In this document: positions 61,017 to 64,000 of the stretch, piece by piece
Position numbering within the stretch: the stretch's first letter is position 1
Layout: every line of letters begins with the position of its first letter
Assembly (NCBI GenBank): GCA_964636965.1
Contig: CAZWST010000002.1
Span: 12,344 to 76,343 of the forward strand
Direction: 5' to 3'
DNA length: 64,000 bases
DNA from: an uncultured Muribaculaceae bacterium
GTDB lineage: Bacteria > Bacillota_I > Bacilli_A > RF39 > UBA660
The notes under the pieces: generated by a model
Database searches by the model: none
Told to the model about the DNA's origin: nothing
Seen by the model: the letters and a program-made list of their open reading frames with translations, nothing else
Position numbers and translations under genes: made by a program

Positions 61017-64000
61017 TTATTTTCTAACATACAATTTAACTAAAACTGCTACGAAGAATAAGAATACTACTAGACATCCAAGAATAATCTTATAATTAAT
61101 TCCTGCACTTGTCTTTTCTTCCTTTTCTTCATCTTCTGGAACTTTTATTTCTTCCATTTGTTTAGTTGTTGTAGTTGTTGTATCATCCTCAACTTTACTT
61201 GTAGTTGTAGTAGTATTTTCAGTAGTATGTGAAGGAGTAGTACTTGTATTTCCCGAAGTAATACCAGTATTATTTCCAACACTTGTACTTCCACCACCGT
61301 TATTTGGTTTAGTAGGTTTTGGATTTACAGGTTTGGAAGGCTCTGTAGGTTTTGTTTCATCTGGTTTTACTGGATCCTTTGGCTCTTCTGGATTAGAAGG
61401 CTTAGGATCTTCTGGTTTTGGATCTATAGGTTTAGGATCATCAGGTTCTGTTGGCTCTTCGGTTATCCAACTCACAATTGCTTCTGCAGTTCCTTTATTT
61501 CCTGCCTTATCTACAAATTCAAACACAAAGCGTCCATTCTTAGTAAATACGTAAGTACTCTTACCATTGTTATTTGTTATAGTAACGTCTTCATTTGTTC
61601 TTAATGTAACTATTACACTTTCAAAAGTAGGTTCAGTAATAGAATATACTATTCTACCAACTGGAGCTTCTTTATCAATCCAATTAACAATTGCTACTGC
61701 ACTTCCTTTATTTCCTAATTCATCGATAAACTCAAATACGAAACTTCCGTTTTCTGTAAATACATAAGTATTCTTGCCACCATTATTTGTGATTGTTACT
61801 CCTGCATCAACACTTAATGTTGCTGTTACATCTTTGTTTGTTAAATCCTTAACATTATATGTTACTTGTCCTTGTGGAGCAGTTTTATCAATCCAATCTA
61901 CTTTGGCTTCTACAGTTCCTTTGTTTCCTGCTTTATCAACGAACTCAAATACAAAGCTTCCATTTTCTGTAAATACATAAGTAGAAGAACCATTATTATT
62001 TAGTATTGTTACTTCTTCATTAGTTTCTAATGTTGCAATAACTTCACCTGATGTAACAGTAGTTAAACTATAATTAATACTTCCAATAGGTGATTCTTTA
62101 TCAATCCAATCTACTTTAGCATGTACTTTTTTAGTATTGCCATAAGCATCTCCGATTATAAAATCAAATTCTCCATTGTTAGTAAATGTATAAGTGTTAT
62201 TACCACCATTATTAATAATTCTAATACCTTCATTTACCTCTAATGTTACTATTACATCTTTGTTTGTAGCAGAGGATTCACTATAAACTAATTTACCAAA
62301 CAGATTTGGGTTGACGATCCAATCTACTTTAGCTTTAATGCTTCCTTTATTTCCTGCTTTGTCAACAAACTCAAATGTAAATTCTCCATTATGAGTAAAT
62401 GTATATTTATTAGAGCCACCATTGTTAGTTATTGTAACCTCTTCATCAAATCCTAATGTTGCAGTTACACTATCTTCGGTTTCCTCACTTATGTCATATG
62501 TTATTTTGCCTTTTGGAGCAACCTTATCTATCCAGTTAACAGTTGCTGTAGCACTACCTTTATTTCCTGCCATATCTTCAAATTCAAATGTAAATGAGCC
62601 ATTCTTATCAAATGTATAGATTTTAGAACCATTGTTATTTGTAACAATTATTCCATCTTCCACATTTAATGTAGCTGTTACATTCTTATTTGTTAAGCAT
62701 GGTATATCATAAGTTATTGTGCCTTCTGGCGCATTCTTATTTATCCAATCTACTTTAGCCGTTGCAGTCCCTTTATTTCCTGCCATATCCACAAATTCAA
62801 AAGTAAACTCTCCATTTTTTGTGAATGTGTATGTTGTTGAACCATTATTATTTGTTACTCTTACTCCATCAGCAAGTTTTAATGTAGCTATTACATCTTT
62901 GTTTGTTATAGAAGTAATATCATAACTTATTGTTCCAATTGGAGCATTCTTATTTATCCAATCTACTTTAGCTTTAACACTACCCGTATTTCCAGCCTCA
63001 TCTACAAATTCAAAAATGAACTCTCCATTTTCTGTAAATGTATATTTAGTAGAACCACCATTGTTTGTTATAGTAACTGGCTCACTAGTTATAAGAGTTG
63101 CTATAACTTCTTTATTTGTGATGTCTCTTATTGAATAATTAACTTCACCTGTTGGAGCAATTTTATCAATCCAATCAACCGTTGCTGTTGCACTACCTTT
63201 ATTTCCGGCTTCATCAACAAATTCAAATGTGAATGATCCATTCTTATCAAATACGTATGTTTTTGATGCACCATTATTAGTTACTTTGATTCCATCTCTA
63301 ACCTCTAATGTTGCTGTTACATTCTGATTAGTCTTTGTTGTTCTATCAAAACTTATTGTTCCAATTGGAGCATTTTTATTTATCCAATCAACTTTAGCTG
63401 TTATACTTCCAGTATTTCCAGCAATATCTCTAAATTCAAATGTAAACTCTCCATTTTCTGTAAACGTATAAGTTTTGCTTCCATTATTATTTATAACTGT
63501 AGTTATTTTATCAGTAATTAATGAAACAACTACATTTTTATTTGTTATATCTTTTGTACTATAAGCAAGTGCTCCTTTAGGTGCTACTCTATCAATCCAA
63601 TTAACCTTAGCTGTTGCAGTACCTCTGTTTCCAGCTTGATCAACAAATTCAAATGTAAATTCGCCATTATCTTTAAATGTATATTTATTAGAGCCACCAT
63701 TATTTGTAATTGTTACTCCGTTTGCTACAGATAAAGTTGCAACAACATTATTATTTGTCAATTTAGTTGTATCATATTTAATAGTTCCTGATGGAGCCTT
63801 TTTATTAATCCAAGTTATTTCTGCAGTTGCAGTTCCTTTATTTCCGGCTGCATCTACAAATTCAAATGTAAATTCTCCATTCTCTGTAAATGTATATGTA
63901 GGAGAACCATTATTATTTGTTATTGTTACTTCTTCACTTGGAACTAAAGTAACATCAACATCTTGATTAGTAACGTCTCTTGTTTCATATTCAATAGTAC
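61017..64000 (-). CDS. very large surface protein of tandem 71-aa Ig-like repeats, with a Pro/Thr-rich stalk and a C-terminal TM anchor (5' end outside the window)
   Basis: The frame stays open upstream of the track's TTG at 63761 (...TFEFVDAAGNKGTATAEITWINKKAPSGTIKYDTTKL...). At least 12 repeats follow the pattern TNK.V.ATL.....V.ITNNGGS..YTF..NGEFTFEFVD.AGN.G...A.VDWIDK.AP.G. Confidence 0.8.
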   Translation of the reverse strand, partial: TIEYETRDVTNQDVDVTLVPSEEVTITNNNGSPTYTFTENGEFTFEFVDAAGNKGTATAEITWINKKAPSGTIKYDTTKLTNNNVVATLSVANGVTITNNGGSNKYTFKDNGEFTFEFVDQAGNRGTATAKVNWIDRVAPKGALAYSTKDITNKNVVVSLITDKITTVINNNGSKTYTFTENGEFTFEFRDIAGNTGSITAKVDWINKNAPIGTISFDRTTKTNQNVTATLEVRDGIKVTNNGASKTYVFDKNGSFTFEFVDEAGNKGSATATVDWIDKIAPTGEVNYSIRDITNKEVIATLITSEPVTITNNGGSTKYTFTENGEFIFEFVDEAGNTGSVKAKVDWINKNAPIGTISYDITSITNKDVIATLKLADGVRVTNNNGSTTYTFTKNGEFTFEFVDMAGNKGTATAKVDWINKNAPEGTITYDIPCLTNKNVTATLNVEDGIIVTNNNGSKIYTFDKNGSFTFEFEDMAGNKGSATATVNWIDKVAPKGKITYDISEETEDSVTATLGFDEEVTITNNGGSNKYTFTHNGEFTFEFVDKAGNKGSIKAKVDWIVNPNLFGKLVYSESSATNKDVIVTLEVNEGIRIINNGGNNTYTFTNNGEFDFIIGDAYGNTKKVHAKVDWIDKESPIGSINYSLTTVTSGEVIATLETNEEVTILNNNGSSTYVFTENGSFVFEFVDKAGNKGTVEAKVDWIDKTAPQGQVTYNVKDLTNKDVTATLSVDAGVTITNNGGKNTYVFTENGSFVFEFIDELGNKGSAVAIVNWIDKEAPVGRIVYSITEPTFESVIVTLRTNEDVTITNNNGKSTYVFTKNGRFVFEFVDKAGNKGTAEAIVSWITEEPTEPDDPKPIDPKPEDPKPSNPEEPKDPVKPDETKPTEPSKPVNPKPTKPNNGGGSTSVGNNTGITSGNTSTTPSHTTENTTTTTSKVEDDTTTTTTKQMEEIKVPEDEEKEEKTSAGINYKIILGCLVVFLFFVAVLVKLYVRK
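61420..64000 (-). repeat. about 213-nt (71-codon) tandem coding repeats, diverged copies
   Basis: The WID/WIN motif recurs every 71 aa: 11 times in 61420..63761 and at least once more before the window end. Confidence 0.8.

Larger units (their letters stand above)
56842..64000. mobile_element. left/proximal part of an inserted element interrupting yabG (candidate sporulation intervening element); the far end lies outside the window
   Basis: The truncated yabG abuts DNA carrying two large serine recombinases plus cargo genes. Confidence 0.6.

Noticed and set aside
61333-62925. Five plus-strand ORFs of 65-73 aa with related sequences (…LPLFPA(L/I)S(T/S)NSNTK…).
   Set aside because: They are antisense shadows of the 71-aa repeats. 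Their similarity to each other only mirrors the repeat structure of the minus-strand gene.
63759-63761. The start of the repeat surface protein given by the track.
   Set aside because: The codon is an internal TTG. I read the frame as open and still repeat-like up to the window end, so the gene is 5'-partial.
1-64000. CRISPR arrays, rRNA operons, IS transposases, and riboswitches or T-boxes.
   Set aside because: I saw no regularly spaced short direct repeats, no rRNA-like sequence, no DDE transposase ORF and no aminoacyl-tRNA synthetase leader. The only intergenic regions over 150 nt contain promoters, terminators, the tRNA and the tmRNA. Small ncRNAs cannot be excluded without covariance-model scans.

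Overview
This is an AT-rich chromosomal segment (roughly 28-30% GC by eye) from a low-GC, endospore-forming Bacillota (Firmicutes). Almost all genes lie on the minus strand. No searches were run. Every family call rests on motifs I recognise in the supplied translations and on my own reading of the DNA.

Backbone: conserved housekeeping blocks run through the window.
- rplI(partial)-rpsR-ssb-rpsF-ychF
- htrA, and prfB with its programmed +1 frameshift
- secA, hpf, csp, smpB-rnr-secG
- typA, yfhO, dagK, tRNA-Cys, trxB, mscL, coaE-coaD
- tmRNA (ssrA), followed by the sporulation cluster divIC-yabQ-yabP-spoVG-yabG

Orphan or accessory genes are interspersed between these blocks.

Main finding: the sporulation protease gene yabG is present only as a start-less 3' segment (56305..56838). 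Its homology stops abruptly at an A/T palindrome. To the right lies foreign-looking DNA that runs off the window end. That DNA carries an exported repeat protein, two translationally coupled large serine recombinases with a 40-codon upstream ORF, and a huge surface protein of 71-aa repeats. This is the architecture of a sporulation intervening (skin-like) element that would be excised to rebuild yabG.

Other notable items:
- a tandem triplication of an unknown 2-TM membrane protein wedged between hpf and secA
- an Abi_2 abortive-infection gene directly upstream of htrA
- an unannotated 44-codon Cys-rich acidic gene with its own promoter, RBS and terminator
- a DUF2099-like orphan paired with a LysR regulator
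- a NUDIX-PHP (TrpH-like) fusion
- a 26-nt perfect palindrome that ends two convergent genes

No CRISPR array, rRNA or IS transposase was seen.
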